In this document: piece after piece, positions 11,960 through 26,330 of the stretch
Numbering within the stretch: the stretch's first letter is position 1
Layout of the letters: each line of letters begins with the position of its first letter
Assembly: GCF_006345805.1 (NCBI RefSeq)
Contig: NC_043004.1
Span: forward strand, 103,230,001 to 103,294,000
Direction of reading: 5' to 3'
DNA length: 64,000 bases
Origin: Octopus sinensis
Taxonomy: Eukaryota
Notes under the pieces: generated by a model
What the model was told of the DNA's origin: nothing
Database searches by the model: none
The model's input: the letters and a program-made list of their open reading frames with translations, nothing else
Position numbers and translations under genes: made by a program

Positions 11960-13150
11960 AATACAGGCCAGGGCAGAGAGAATGGGCGTTTTTGCAATGT
12001 CTATTACTCAGCCCCAGGAGGAGGGACATATATTCGACAGGTACCATTCGGTCCATGGTGTCTAGACATTTTCTTTTCTTTTCAGGTGAAGCTATGGTGC
12101 TGTGGACAATAGAGCATCGCGTGTTTGCCTACGACAGTTATGTGAAGAATAATGAGTCTGTCACAGCAGTTCAGCATGAGTGTCGGCACCACTTCAACAT
12201 TCAACAAAGTCAGGCTGTTTCCACCTGTAACACAATCTTACGTTGGGTGAATGCACTTCGTACACAAGGTACAGTAATGAACAGGAGACTGGTCGGGGCA
12301 CCGCGAATGGTATGAATTCCAGAAAATGTGGAATGCATCAGACAAGTTTTGATATGGAGTTTGAATCACTCTTCTTGGAGGCATACCACTGAACTTGCCA
12401 TCAGTAATCAATCGGTAAGGCATATTTTGCATGAAGACCTGCATTTCCACCCATACAAATTGGTCGCTGGGCAACAATTGAAACCATGGGACTATGCACA
12501 GTGGCTTAACTTCACATGTCAGATGGAAGCAATTTTTGAGGCAAACGACAACCACATTTTGTTAATGAGTGATGAAGCTCATTTTCATAGTAATGAATCA
12601 ACAGAACTGTTCATTATTGGGCTCTTGAAAATCCGAGAGAACTGCACGAAAGACAACCGCACAGCTGTTAGAAAAGCTAATGTCATTGGTCCTTATTATT
12701 TTGAAGACAATTATGGAAATGCTGTTACTGTGAACTCCGAGTGTTATATCGAGATGATGAACAACTTCTTTGTGCCTGAATTATGATGAAGACGTATGCC
12801 TATTCAACATATGTGGTCTCAGCAGGATGGGGCGACGGCCCACACAGTCAGAGCATCAATGGATGTTCTTTGCTAGCTCTTTGGTGGCCACCACATTTCC
12901 AGGTTTGCTATCATTCCTTGGCCCGCTCGGTCCCCTGACTTGTCCATGTGTGATTACTTCTGGAGGGGAAAACCTCAAGGCACATGTGTATGTGCATAAG
13001 CCCCATACACTGGATGATTTGTAGGAAGCTATTCACATGGAAGCCTAAATCGACAGAGCAATGCTGGAGAGAGTGGAGGCCAACTTCCAAGAATGCCTTC
13101 AGAAATGCATCAATGAAAATAGACACCACATGGGGGATGTTGTTTTTCCC
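11960..13150 (+). mobile_element. Decayed Tc1/mariner-superfamily transposase, DD41D (rosa/Visitor-type), in PPP1R8 intron 2
   Basis: N-terminal HTH (MVLWTIEHRVFAYDSYVKNNES..), then SDEAHF, QQDGATAHT and WPARSPDLSMCDY. I count 41 residues between the second and third Asp. Stops and frameshifts are present. Confidence 0.85.
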
Positions 13151-14594
13151 ATGTGGTTGATGCCAGGTCCGCCTAACTGGCTCCCATTCAAGTGGCATGT
13201 AAAAAGCCTTATCTGAATGTGATCGATGCCAGGCCTGCCTGACTGGCTCCTGTGCCAGTGGCATGTAAAAAGCACCCACTACACTCTCGGTGTGGTTGGC
13301 GTTAGGAAGGGCATCCAGCTGTAGAAATATTGCCAGATCAGATTGGAGCCTGGTGCAGCCACTGGCTCTCCAGGCCTCAGTCAAACCGTCCAACCCATGC
13401 CAGCATGGAAAACGGATGTTAAACGGTGATGATGATGACGATGATGATTCTGACAAATGCTAATTCAATACAAACACATTGATGTCCATAAAATTTGTTT
13501 GCAGCTAAAATTAATAATTTTGTGAACTTTTCAAAAACATCTGTCCTCTCTTCCCCACTCTCAACCAATAATTCAGACTTACCATGGAACAATTCTGGGA
13601 GAATACTAGCATGTACCCTAACCAATTTAAATGAACCTTCCTCATTTGATCCTTTATCAAGCTCTTGTAATCTATGCTCCTCTAACAATTCTACCCTTAT
13701 GTTCAAATATATAAATTTCATAATTTGACCCAATACCAGTTGTTTACTTGTTTATACTTTTATTATATTACACATGTACCTATTAAACTGAAACACTGTC
13801 TATAGCCGATCTTCATTAGGCAGCTATAACATCCCTGCTTTTTAGTTGTACTAAGTTGCTTTTTAGGCTTAGGTACACAAGCACACCTCTAAAATTTTTG
13901 TGGGGCAATGAAAATGCTTTGAACATCCTCCTCAAAAAACTGGGTTTGCACCCACGAAGCAAATTTCGTTCCCACAGCGAGTCAATCATCATCATCGTTT
14001 AGCGTCCGCTTTCCATGCTGGCATGGGTTGGACGGTGCAACTGGGGTCTGGGAAGCCAGAAGGCTGCACCAGGCCCAGTCTGATCTGGCAGTGTTTCTAC
14101 AGCTGGATGCCCTTCCTAACGCCAACCACTCCATGAGTGTAGTGGGTGCTTTTTACGTGCCACCGGCACAGGTGCCAGACGGGGCTGGCAAACGGCCACA
14201 GTCGGATGGTGCTTTTTACGTGCCACCGGCACGGAAGCCGGGCGAGGCTGGCAATACTAACTGTATGTGCCTATTACCTTACATCATCAGATGCAATATT
14301 AATAACACTATATGTAAACATGTACTCTGGTAGCTCTTAACTAATTTTACCTATGTTAATGAATTATTAATTCTCTATATTTAATCAGTCTATTTTATTC
14401 ATTTAATCAAATGCAGCAAAAAAAAAATTGTGAAATTTCTTCACAGGCAATAAAAAATAAATAAATATACTTCCTGACTTACCTTGGGTCTACAGTTCCT
14501 GATGGTGTCCTAGGGATACCATTCTGACTTACATAGTATCTTGAAGGTCTTAAATCTAACAATGCCCACCCCTCTCTAGGTCTCATCACAGTTA

Positions 14595-14775
14595 ATTTGA
14601 TTGATTGATTGATTGATTTATTGATTGATAGATAGAGAGATAGATAGATAAGCAGACAGACAGACAGACAGATAGATAGATAGATAGATGGATGGATGGA
14701 TGGATGGATGGATGGATAGATAGATAGATAGATAGATAAACAGACAGACAGATAGATAGATAGATAGATAGATAG
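14595..14775. repeat. Compound tetranucleotide microsatellite (GATT)(GATA)(GACA)(GGAT)
   Basis: Read directly. Confidence 0.9.
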
Positions 14776-15834
14776 AGGAGTAGATGGATGGAGGGAAGGG
14801 GGGAGAGAGTGAGAGTGTGAGACAGACAGACAGACCATAGGGGTGGAGAGAAAGAGGAAGTCAGACAGAAGAATCAACCTCAGGATCGTACTTGTACTTC
14901 ATTTATTGACCAAGAGAGAAGGAAAAGACAGGATTTGAAACCAAACCACAGAATTTAAAATGGACATTGCAAAACATTCTACCCGAAGTTCTCCCCAAAC
15001 TGGCCTGAATCTCCTTAACACTTAACACCCTGGCTACACGGCCATAAGCAGAAGCACCTCCTCTATATTCTAATAACCATTTTCCTGATGTCATCATCAT
15101 CATCATCATTTAGCGTCCGCTTTCCATGCTAGCATGGGTTGGACGGTTCAACTGGGGTCTGTGAAGCCAGAAGGCCCAGTCTGATCTAGCAGTGTTTCTA
15201 CGGCTGGATGCCCTTCCTAACGCCAACCACTCCGTGAGTGTAGTGGGTGCTTTTTATGTGCCACCCGCACAGGTGCCAGACGGAGCTGGCAAACGGCCAC
15301 GAACGGATGGTGCTTTTACATGCCACCGGCACGGGGTTCAGGCGAGGCTGGCAACGGATATGAACGGATGGTGCTTTTACGTGCCACCGGCACGGGGGCC
15401 AGGCGAGGCTGGCAACGGACAAAATTATTATTATTATTCAGGTCAATGCCTGGAATCGAACTCGGAATCTTGGGGTTAATAGCCCGCACTCTTAACCACT
15501 ACGCCATATGCGAGCATGTAATTATTTTTTTCCTGAAGTATATCTGAAAATCTAGCATGCATTCTTTAGAACAATGGTTTCATTTCTCTTAAGCTAATTT
15601 TAACGCCGTTTGATAACCTAAGTTTAATTTTAACTCCATACAATAAAAGTAGACGATAAGTAATGAACAGAATCTCAGCCACACACAAACACAAAGAATG
15701 TGAAAGAATGCTTTTCCTAAGAATAGTTGATTTACCCTGTTGGCTGATATGGGTGTACAGTTGCTGAAAACACAGTTAAGTTCAGTTGCTGATGAAATGA
15801 AAATGATAAAAACTGCAACAACAAATATACATAC

Positions 15835-15895
15835 CTGAATCATTTTTCCTTCTTTGAGAACATCGAGATGGAGTCCTGATGGAGGCTTACCAGCC
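15835..15895 (-). CDS. PPP1R8: NIPP1 coding exon 2, (W)AGKPPSGLHLDVLKEGKMIQ
   Basis: tacag| acceptor and CAG|gtatgt donor; 61 nt; matches NIPP1 AGKPPPGLHLDVVKGDKLIE. Confidence 0.95.
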
Positions 15896-16014
15896 CTGTA
15901 GTAGTGCAGAGAATATTACAAAAATAATGACATTTCATAGTTGAAAACAATGAATGGATTAAACAACAAAAAATTACATACAACAGTAATTAAGTCAGTG
16001 TTATTATACTGTAT

Positions 16015-16850
16015 TTAAGGCGCCAAGCTGGCAGAATCATTAGCATGCCAGGCAAAATGCTTAGTGGCATTTCGTCTGTCTTGACGTTCTGAGTTCAAAT
16101 TCCGCCGAGGTCAACTTTGCCTTTCATCCATTCAGGGTCAATAAATTAAGTACCGGTGAATCACAGGGGTCGATGTAATCGACTTAATGTCCTTGTTTAT
16201 CCCCTCTATGTTTAGCCCCTTATGGGCAATAAAGAAATAAGAATCGTTAACATGCCAGGCAAAATGCTTAGTGGCATTTCGTCTGTCTTGACGTTCTGAG
16301 TTCAAATTCCGCCGAGGTCGACTTTGCCTTTCATCCATTCAGGGTCAATAAATTAAGTACCGGTGAATCACAGGGGTCGATGTAATCGACTTAATGTCCT
16401 TGTTTATCTCCTCTATGTTTAGCCCCTTATGGGCAATAAAGAAATAAGAATCGTTAACATGCCAGGCAAAATGCTTAGTGGCATTTCGTCTGTCTTGACG
16501 TTCTGAGTTCAAATTCCGCCGAGGTCGACTTTGCCTTTCATCCATTCAGGGTCAATAAATTAAGTACCGGTGAATCACAGGGGTCGATGTAATCGACTTA
16601 ATGTCCTTGTTTATCCCCTCTATGTTTAGCCCCTTATGGGCAATAAAGAAATAAGAATCGTTAACATGCCAGGCAAAATGCTTAGTGGCATTTCGTCTGT
16701 CTTGACGTTCTGAGTTCAAATTCCGCCGAGGTCGACTTTGCCTTTCATCCATTCAGGGTCAATAAATTAAGTACCAGTTATGCACTGGGGTTGATGTAAT
16801 CAACTGGTCCACCTCCCCACCAAAATTTCAGGCCTTGGGCTTTTAGTAGA
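16015..16850 (+). repeat. Head-to-tail array of SINE family C (GGCGGCGAGCTGGCAGAATCG head), period 207 bp
   Basis: CATGCCAGGCAAAATGC recurs at 16044, 16251, 16458 and 16665. Other family copies lie at 28285-28495, 29144-29370, 56936-57370, 59568-59990 and 61170-61370. Confidence 0.9.
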
Positions 16851-19599
16851 AAGGTTATTATACTGTATTTGATAGCATATACTCTTTTACTTGTTTCAGT
16901 CATGTGACTGTGGCCATGCTGGAGCACCACCTTTAGTCGAGCAAATCAACCCCAGGACTTATTCTTTGTAAGCCTAGTACTTATTCTATCGGTCTCTTTT
17001 GCCAAACCGCTAAGTTACGGGGATGTAAACACACCAGCATTGGTTGTCAAGAGATGTTGGGGGGGGGGGACAAACACAGGCACAAACATATACACACACA
17101 TACATATATATATATATACACACACAATGGGCTTCTTTCAGTTTCCGTCTACCAAATCCACTCACAAGGTTTTGGTTGGCCCAAGGCTATAGTAGAAGAC
17201 AAAGTGTGCCACCAGGCATCGAACTCATGACCTTACAGTCATGAGCTGAACACCCTAACCACTAAGTCATGCGCCTTCACTAAGTTAATATTACATGCAT
17301 TAAAGCATATAATATTAGCTTATTGGAGGTGGAATCCCAACTTCACATATAGGACCTTGGGCAAATTTTTTTTTTTTTTAATTTATATTCTTGGAAAACA
17401 AAATGCATCTCATATAGGTGTAGGAGTGGCTGTGTGGTAAGTAGCCTGCTTACCAACCACATGGTTCTGGGTTCAGTCCCACTGCGTGACACCTTGGGCA
17501 AGTGTCTTCTACTATAGCCTCGGGCTGACCAAGGCCCAGTTTGATCTACGGCTGGATGCCCTTCCTAACACCAACCACTCCATGAGTGTAGTGGGTGCTT
17601 TTTACTAAATATGGATGGTAAATGTTGATGATAATGATAATTACAAATATATACACACACACACACATATATATATACTGCAGAGGGTGGCAGCAAATAT
17701 AAAGTTGGAGGGTGCAAACGTGTACACACAATCATCATCACCACCACCCTTATTTGATGGTCACCTTCACATGCTTGCATGGGTCAGGTGGAGATTATTT
17801 GAGGCAGATTTTCTACAGCTGGATGTCCTTCCAGTCACCAACCCTCACCTGGTTCCTAGCAAGGTAACATTTCCCCATGACCAGACATGTTCTCAAAGAA
17901 AATTGGAAACAGATGACACTGCCTGTATGACAGTGACACTCACTTCCAGCTATCAGGTGACAAAGAAACACAAACATTTACACGCTCACATATACATACA
18001 TACATAGACTGACACAGACACAAACACATACAGACACATAGGAGTGGCTGTGTGGTAAGTAGCTTGCTTACCAACCACATGGTTCCGGGTTCAGTCCCAC
18101 TGCGTGGCACCTTGGACAAGTGTCTTCTACTATAGCCCCGGGCCGACCAAAGCCTTGTGAGTGGATTTGGTAGACGGAAACTGAAAGAAGCCTGTCATAT
18201 ATATATATGTGTGTGTTTGTGTGTCTGTGTTTGTCCCCACCCCCACTATCGCTTGATAACCGATGCTGGTATGTTTACGTCCCCGTAACTTAGCGGTTCG
18301 GCAGAAATAAAACCGATAGAATAAGTACTAGGCTTACACAGAATAAGTCCTGGGGTCGATTTGCTCGACTAAAGGCGTTGCTCCAGCATGGCCACAGTCA
18401 AATGACTGAAACAAGTAAAAGAGTAAAAGAGTAAGAGTATATGACAGGCCTCCGCACAGTTTCCACCTACCAAATCCACTCACAAGGCTTTGGTTGACCC
18501 GGAGCTGTTGTAGAAGACATTTGCTCATGGTGCTATGCTGTGGGATTGAATCCAGGACCATGTGGTTGGGAAACGAACTTCTTATCCCACAGCCACGCCT
18601 ATGCTTCTTCACTGATATTATACATTGATGAGAAATTAAAAACTAGTGTCATTCCTCATCCACAAGAAATGCAGGAATCCCTCTGGAAAGCTGTAACTAA
18701 CAACACTATTGTTCATAAAATCCAATGTAAAATAAATAAATAAAACTTTTATTAAGTGATGATGATAATAATTATGATGATTATGATAATCATAAATGTT
18801 CTAAACACCAATAACAGTAATACAAAATTGATAAAAGCTTTTATTAAATAATGATGGTAGTGGTGGTGATAAACAGGCACAGGAGTGGCTGTGTGGTAAG
18901 TAGCTTGCTAATCAGCCACATGGTTCTGGTTTCAGTCCCACTGCGTGGCACCTTGGGTAAGTGTCTTCTACTATAGCCCCAGGACGACCAAAGCCTTCTG
19001 AGTGGAGTTGGTAGACGGAAACTGAAAGAAGCCCGTCGTATATATGTATGTGTGTGTGTGTGTGTTTGTGTGTCTGTGTTTGTCCCTCTAGCATTGCTTG
19101 ACAACCGATGCTGGTGTGTTTACATCCCCGTAACTTAGCGGTTCGGCAAAAGAGACCAATAGAATAAGTACTGGGCTTACAAAGAATAAGTCCCGGGGTC
19201 GATTTGCTCGACTAAAGGCGAGTAAAAAGAGAGTAAACGTTCTAAACACTAAAAAAATGAAAAGTTATTTTGCAAAATTTCTCCAAATTCTGGATTTTTT
19301 CAAAACAAATTAAAAATCCCTAAGGAATATGATTTATTAGAAATATGGTCATGAAGGGATTGACAGAAAAATTGACAAAGAAACTAATTAGGGGTGCATG
19401 AAGGTTTTGGTTTTAAAAACTTTACTCTCATGTATTCCATCTTGTATAATAAATTTATCTCAAAATTTTTTTATATTTCAAACGATTCTTCTAAAACCTA
19501 ACCTTTGCCATCAACATCTATAAATGCTTTACTACCTTCACAGATCTGTGTCCCTTTGTATCATATGCGATACACAGCACATATTTCCCCGTGTCCATG

Positions 19600-19985
19600 C
19601 ATCATACATGATACACATTACAAATTGTTTTCAACCACCAGAGTAATTCTTGCTCACAACATCATAGGCGGAAAGTGTAACCTCTCGAAAGAGCTGTTCT
19701 TCACTCCTACTCCAGAGCGTTGGCTGCGGGGTCATTCCGAAAAGCTCTATCTGCGACAATTTCATCTCAATCGAAGGAGAGGGGCTTTCTCCGTCTGGGT
19801 TGTGGATCCATGGAATAAGCTGCCAGACGAGATGGTGAAAATGCCGACGACCGCTCGGTTCAAAGTCTCCCTTGACCTCAAGTGGCCTGAACTCTTTACA
19901 TGAACACCACCCTGTACATAACTCCATGTCCCCCTACATGGCCTTGCTTTTTGCTTTTTGAGCCAAAAAATTAACTAACTAACTA
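19600..19985 (+). mobile_element. CR1-type LINE 3' end with (AACT)n tail
   Basis: RGHSEKLYLRQFHLNRRRGAFSVWVVDPWNKLPDEMV..FKVSLD, followed by aactaactaact. Confidence 0.75.
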
Positions 19986-21740
19986 ATTTGGAACTTAGAA
20001 AATGCAAACTTTACATTACTTGGAACATATGAAACAAGGACTAGCTTAAAAGTCTGAGAACAAGCTTGGATGTTTAGGAGAAATTTATGAAAATGCTTTG
20101 GACTGGCAAAGAATTAAGAATGTTAAGTTAATAACATAATGGGGTTTTAGTAATATAATGCATGATAACCATGTTCGGCAAATAAGATGATATACAGGTT
20201 CTTGATCAGACACTAAAGTGTTGGCATCACAAAACAAAAGCAACAACATGAAGTTGGGTAAACTGTGTTCAAAGTTCTCACCATTCTATGTCACAATCTG
20301 TGGTGCTTAGATCTCAATAAAGCAATGCTCGTGAACATTTATACACAGTACTACATGTTGTCCACTAGTGTGTTGCTTCACAGCTGTCATCCATGAGGGA
20401 AAATCTAATGTTAGATTTTTCCCAAAATATCCATGGAGTCCTTTCAACAAAAATGATGTGTTCATGATATAATAATGCCATGTTAATGGTAACGCAACAT
20501 CTATTGAAGAAAATTAATTAATGCTCTTTGGTTAGTACAGGTAATGATATAGCCTGTATTTATAATAATAGACTTGTAATGTCAGTCCCATGTATTAAAC
20601 ACTGCACCGAGTACAGAATGCAATGTGCAAGCAACCTACCCTATTGTAATGTGACTGTGAAGCTAATCAGTAGAGAAGTGGGAAAGACTCAGTCGACATT
20701 TCCTTTTCAGATATCAGAGTCAGTTTATAAATGGAATAGTCCTTGGCAGTAGCTCTGAGATAGTAAACTACCAAAGATATCATCATCATTTAGTGTCTTC
20801 TTTCCATGCTGGCATGGGTTAGACAGTTTGACTGGAACTGGTAAGCCGGAGAACTGCACCAAGTTCCAGTCTGCTTTGGTATACAAGTTTCTCCAAGACA
20901 GTTGCAAAACTATTATATCATCATCTCATCACTTTATCATCCACAGTTCTAGATTTGCAATGGGTTGAATGAAGTTTATAGAAGCAGATTTTCCATGATC
21001 AGGTGCACTTCCTCTTACCAATTTTCACCTGTTTCCAAATAAGTTAACATTTTCCCATGGCCATACAGACATGTTTTCACAGAATATTAGAAATTAATGA
21101 TAGTGAAATTAATTAACAGTTATCATACAATGTCAAAATGAAGAAGGACACACACTCATCTTTTCATTTTTATCTTTTACTTGTTTCAGTCATTAGACAG
21201 TTGCCAGGCTGGGGCACTGCCTTGAAGAATTTTAGTCAAACAAATCAATGACCAGTATTTATTTACTTTTTTAAGCCTGGTACTTATTCTATTGGTATCT
21301 TTTTGCCAAACTGCTAAGTTATGGGGATGTAAAAACACCAACACTGATTAAGAAGTAGTGGTGTGGAACAAACACAGACACAAAGCAAGCTTTCTCAGTT
21401 TCTGTCTATCAAATCTGTTCACAAAGCTTTGGGCAGCCTGGGACTATAGTAAAAGACACCTGCTCAAGGTTGTCACACAGTAAGACTGAACCTGAAACCA
21501 TGTAGCTGGAAGCAAACCTCTCAACCACATAGCCACGCCTACATACTCTCTTTTACTTGTTTCAGCCATTTGACTGCGGCCATGCTGGAGCACCGCCTTT
21601 AGTCAAGCAAATCGATCCCGGGACTTATTCTTTGTAAGCCCAGTACTTATTCTATCGGTTTCTTTTGCCGAACCGCTAAGTAACGGGGACGTAAACACAC
21701 CAGCATCGGTTGTCAAGCAATGCTAGGGGGTCAAACACAG

Positions 21741-21777
<37 letters not shown>

Positions 21778-22834
21778 CGATAGGCTTCTTTCAGTTTCCG
21801 TCTACCAAATCCACTCACAAGGCATTGGTCAGCCCGGGGCTATAGCAGAAGACGCTTGCCCAAGATGCCACGCAGTGGGACTGAACCCGGAACCATGTGG
21901 TTGGTTAGCAAGCTACTTACCATACAGCCACTCCTGCGCCTATAAATATGATCATAAGCTTCACTTCCAACTAATACAGTGAAACTCATGAAGTACTTGT
22001 GCTAAGGAACATGACAAGCTGGTTACATAGTCTGTACAGGAACTGGTAAGTGGGTGGAGGATATTGAAAGTGGCTTAGATTGTATTCTGTTATCAACTGT
22101 CCATTATGTAAATTGAATAAAGGTTAGAAGTGGGATTTCCATCAAAGTAGGCAATTTTCAGGAAATCAATATTAATAGTCTAATGTTTATTACTGATGAG
22201 GTCATAAGGTTTTGGTGTCCAACAAATGACTTCATATGGCTCCAAATTTGGTGGCATACCAACCAATGAGGATTGGCTGGTAAACATTTATGTGGGGTGG
22301 GGTAAAGCACTTGTGGAAGTGCCACATAAAAGCATCCAGTACACTCTGCTGAGTGGTTGGCATTAGGAAGGGCATCCAGCCATAGAAACCATGCCAAATC
22401 AGACTGGAGTCTGGTGCAGCTCCTCAGCTTGGCAGTGTAGAGGTCAATGTCTCCAAAGTTCTGTCCCCTTCCCTCTTCTCTGTTCCATAGCCACTAGCAT
22501 TACAATTATAAGAACTAAAGAGTTGATAGTCACAGGAACACTTTTTGTTGCCAATGGCCTGATTTTCATTGCTGAAGAACAACATAGAAAGAATGGAACA
22601 TGCAGAATAAGTTTCAGTAAAAGAAAAAAAAAAATTTTAAGTGAATATAAGAAGAGCTGAAGATATAGCATTCAGGAGGTAGACTTATGAGATATACAAG
22701 AGGTAAAGACAGAAACTCAGTTGGGATGGCCATGGCCATCTCACTATTTTGTATATCAGTAACTACATTGTTCAGTGTATCCTTTAAGACAGTAGGATGC
22801 AATTTGAGGGCACTCTGGCTGCTATTGTATCATC

Positions 22835-23095
22835 ATCACTTCTTAATTCCTTTGACTCCATATGGAACATAGGGCACCAATAAGAGAAGCCCATTTGTCT
22901 TTATCTTTGACAATGGATTGTAGATGTCCCCTGGTGTAACCACCTGTTAGTGCTTCAATTTCTGTGGCTTTTCTCAAGAATGCTTGCCTTGTAAGGTGTA
23001 TCCTAACCAACCTCATTTCCTCCTCTTGAGCTGAGTTTCAATAGGTTGCTGGTTTACCTCTTCCCACAAGGCTTTGTGAGTCTGCCATGCCATTA
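22835..23095 (-). mobile_element. RTE-like LINE extreme 3' end
   Basis: Minus translation ends ..SIVKDKDKWASLIGALCSIWSQRN*, resembling the RTE terminal W..L..ALC motif. Confidence 0.5.
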
Positions 23096-25374
23096 CACCC
23101 AAAGAATATTCAAAGACATCTATTTACAAATATATGGAGCAAAGCCACATCCCTGGCGAATAGGATTGGCCTGCAAGAGTCCTGTGCCATGTAAAAGTGC
23201 TCATGTGGTGGCACATTAAAAACACCCAGCACATGCCGTAAAGTGGTAAGCATTAGGAAAGGCATTTAGCCATAGAAACAAAGCCATATCAGACTGGAGT
23301 CCGGTGCAGTTGCCCAACTTGCCATTTCTGGTCAAACCCATGCTAGCATGGAAAACAGACGTTAAAGGATGAAAATGATATTTGAATTCACTTTTTGTCC
23401 CACTTGTACTTTTTCCAATCAATTCTCTCTTTTTTTAACATTGGTTAAAAATCTGTTCTCTTTGCACAGTCCTATATTCTCACTATCTCATCCATAGGCT
23501 CTAATACCCTAATATCTACTCTCCTTTAGCCAACCTCCTAAATTGTGCACCAGCATCAACATCTTAGCTTCATCATCATCATTTACTGTCCATCTTCCTT
23601 ACTGGCATGGGTTGGACAGTTTGACAGGGGCAGGCAAGCCAGAGATCTGCACCAGGCTCCAGTGTCTGCTTTGGCATGGTTTCTATGGTTGGATGTCCTT
23701 CCTAACATCAACCACCTTATAGAGTGTACTGGGTGCTTTCTTGTGTGGCATCAGCACCAGCAGAGTTGCCAGGCAAAAAACCCTTGGCTGGAAGAGGTAG
23801 TGGTACTGAGGGAAGTGGCTTTGTGTCAGTTAAAAGGTTAAAGTATAATAAAGGGATGGAGAGAGGTGTCTTACTATAGAGGAGATACTTGGCTATGCTA
23901 GTAGGAAAAGAAAGGAGAGGAAGGAGGGAGAGAGTTAGAGAGACAAAGTGAAAGAGAGAGAGAAATAGGTATTGGAGATGCATTGGGACATACACACAAT
24001 GTATGGCTGGGCGAATATGTGGCACTGAGAGGGATAGGGATATGTTTTGTAAGAGAATGAGGGGAGATTTTAGAGACGGAGAAGGAGGTGCCATTACGTA
24101 TTTCTGTTGATTGAGATAGGTCTCTATAAAAAGTGAAAAACTGGGGTGTTTGAAGATAGGGGTGTACTGTTTAACCCTTTAGCATTTAAACTGGCTATAT
24201 TCAGTCAAAATATTCTGTTTTATGTTTAATCCAGCCAGATCCAGCCTCTCACAAAAACTCTACAATATCATCATAAAAATAAACAGTCACATCATCGGAA
24301 TCACGAAGTTATGAGATAATGCATGCTTAATTCAAAATAATGTGAAGAAATAAGGAATAGATTTGACAGAGAAACCTGAATGCTAAAGGGTTGAGGGTAA
24401 CAGAAAGGACACCACTGAAGTTGATCCATTCATTGTTTGGATATATTGATTTCAAATTTTGGCACAAGACCAGTAATTTTGATGGATGGGGTAAGTTGAT
24501 TAAATCAACCCCAGGGCTCAGCTGGCATTTATTTTATTGACGCTGAATCAGAATCAAAATTGATCAATGGAAATTGCAGCTGTGTTACAAGTGCCGGTGG
24601 CACGTAAGAGAACCATCCGAATGTGGCTGTTGCCAGCGCCGCCCCGACTGGCCTCGTGCCGGTGGCACGTAAAAAGCACCATCTGTTCGTGGCCATTGCC
24701 AGCCTTGCCTGGCCCCCGTGCCGGTGGCACATAAAAAGCACCATCCGATCGTGGCCGTTTGCCAGACTCGTCTGGCACGTAAAAAGCACCTACTACACTC
24801 ATGGAGTGGTTGGCGTTAGGAAGGGCATCCAGCCGTAGAAACATTGCCAGATCAAACTGGGCCTGGTGCAGCCTTCTGGCTTCCCAGACCCCAATCTACG
24901 TCCAACCCATGCTAGCATGGAAAGCGGACGCTAAATAATGATGATGATGATGATGAAAGGATGAGGGACAAAGCTGACCATGGCGGGATTTTAACTCAGA
25001 CTAATGGGGGATTTTTTACATGCCATGGCACGGATGCCAATTACATCAGTCCTCGGTCAATGCTGGTGTCATGAAACTGACACCCATGTCACAGTGGCAC
25101 ATAAAAAGCACCTATTTTACTTTGGAGTGGTTGGCATTAGGAAGGGCATCCAGCCATAGAAACCATGCCAGATCAGACTGAAATTTGGTGCAGCTCTCTG
25201 GCTTACCAGTTCCAGTCAAACCATCTAACCCATGCCAGCATGGAAAGCAGACACTAAATGATGATGATGATGATGATGTTGATGACTGTTAAGTTGGAAG
25301 AAATGATGCTAAGCATTTTTTCCAGCCTACTAACAATTCTGGCTGCTTGCTGCCTTAATTGTTTGGAAATATAA

Positions 25375-25715
25375 TAACATTGGAAGAGAGCGAAGAACCG
25401 GAGTTGGTGAAGAACGAGCTGTTTGCCAGGGAAGGTTATGAGCTGTGTAAGACCTGTGGAATTCTGAGCATTAAAGGAATGAGCAGAAGAGCCATCAAGA
25501 ACAACAAAGAGGCTGTTATAAGAGCATCCAGATGGCTCTGGATGATAAGTGCTGATCAGTGGAGTTAGCAGAATGCTGCATGGACACAGGCCTTGACTTG
25601 ATCAACCCCGATCAGGTTGCCTAGATGAAGGGGTAATGTAAGACTAAGAAGGAAAAAAAACACCCAATGACTCTCAGGATACAACACTGATGATGGGTCC
25701 ATGTACAGCATCTGT
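25375..25715 (+). mobile_element. HERO-like (RLE non-LTR) 3' fragment with 3'UTR
   Basis: RRAIKNNKEAVIRASRWLW motif. The 3'UTR (..gatcaacc..aagact..acacccaatgac..actgatgat) is shared with the copy at 48.6-48.9 kb. Confidence 0.6.
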
Positions 25716-25939
25716 AGACGTTAAGTGAACACACGTGAAAGTGAAACAGGTGAAATGGTGGGAAAGAATTTGAGAAAAATTTTATTGTGTTTGTGTATGC
25801 ATTCAGAGCATCTTGTTGACAAACTGAAGATAAGAAGATTCAGATTATGCAAAGTTAGAGGAGACGCTCTTGGTAAGGGTCCTATTTATAAGATATGGAA
25901 ACTTTCAGACCTTGCAATGCATGCCACAAATTATTTTGC

Positions 25940-26330
25940 ATAACGTAAGCGTTGAGTTGGTGGTTAAACATTTCTCAAGTTGTGATGGTGAGTGATTTCC
26001 TCCAGGAGTTGTAAGCGGTGGCAACTGTGACTGACCCACTTGACAGTTTGGAGGTCCAGTGGGTAGTGTGATCGGACGATAAGATGGGGCAGAGATGGAC
26101 ACAGCTGCGTTGTACAAGTGAGAAAAAGATCAAGAAGAGTGTTCGGAGAGTTGCTGTGTTGGCCAGGGATACGGACGAGAGGTAAACGATATGACCTCAG
26201 TAAAAGTGGGGTCAGTGTTGGAGGAGCGGGTGCCAAAGCAAGTTGTGCGCATTGAAATTATCGATGATGATGATGACTTCAGAGAGAAGGGTACTGAGGC
26301 AGATGCCTGCCCTCAAAGCAGGAAATAGCA
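25940..26330 (-). mobile_element. Degenerate AP-endonuclease fragment of a CR1/L2-type LINE
   Basis: IIIIDNFNAH (the GDFNAH motif) and TLLDLFLT in the ORF track. Confidence 0.55.

Noticed and set aside
15445-15512. tRNA-like sequence with box A/B and an ATT anticodon loop (minus strand)
   Set aside because: No acceptor stem, and it is followed by an (AAT)n tail. It is a SINE head, not a tRNA gene.
16138-16752. Three near-identical 66-aa ORFs suggesting a tandem gene family
   Set aside because: They are antisense readings of the 207-bp SINE concatemer.
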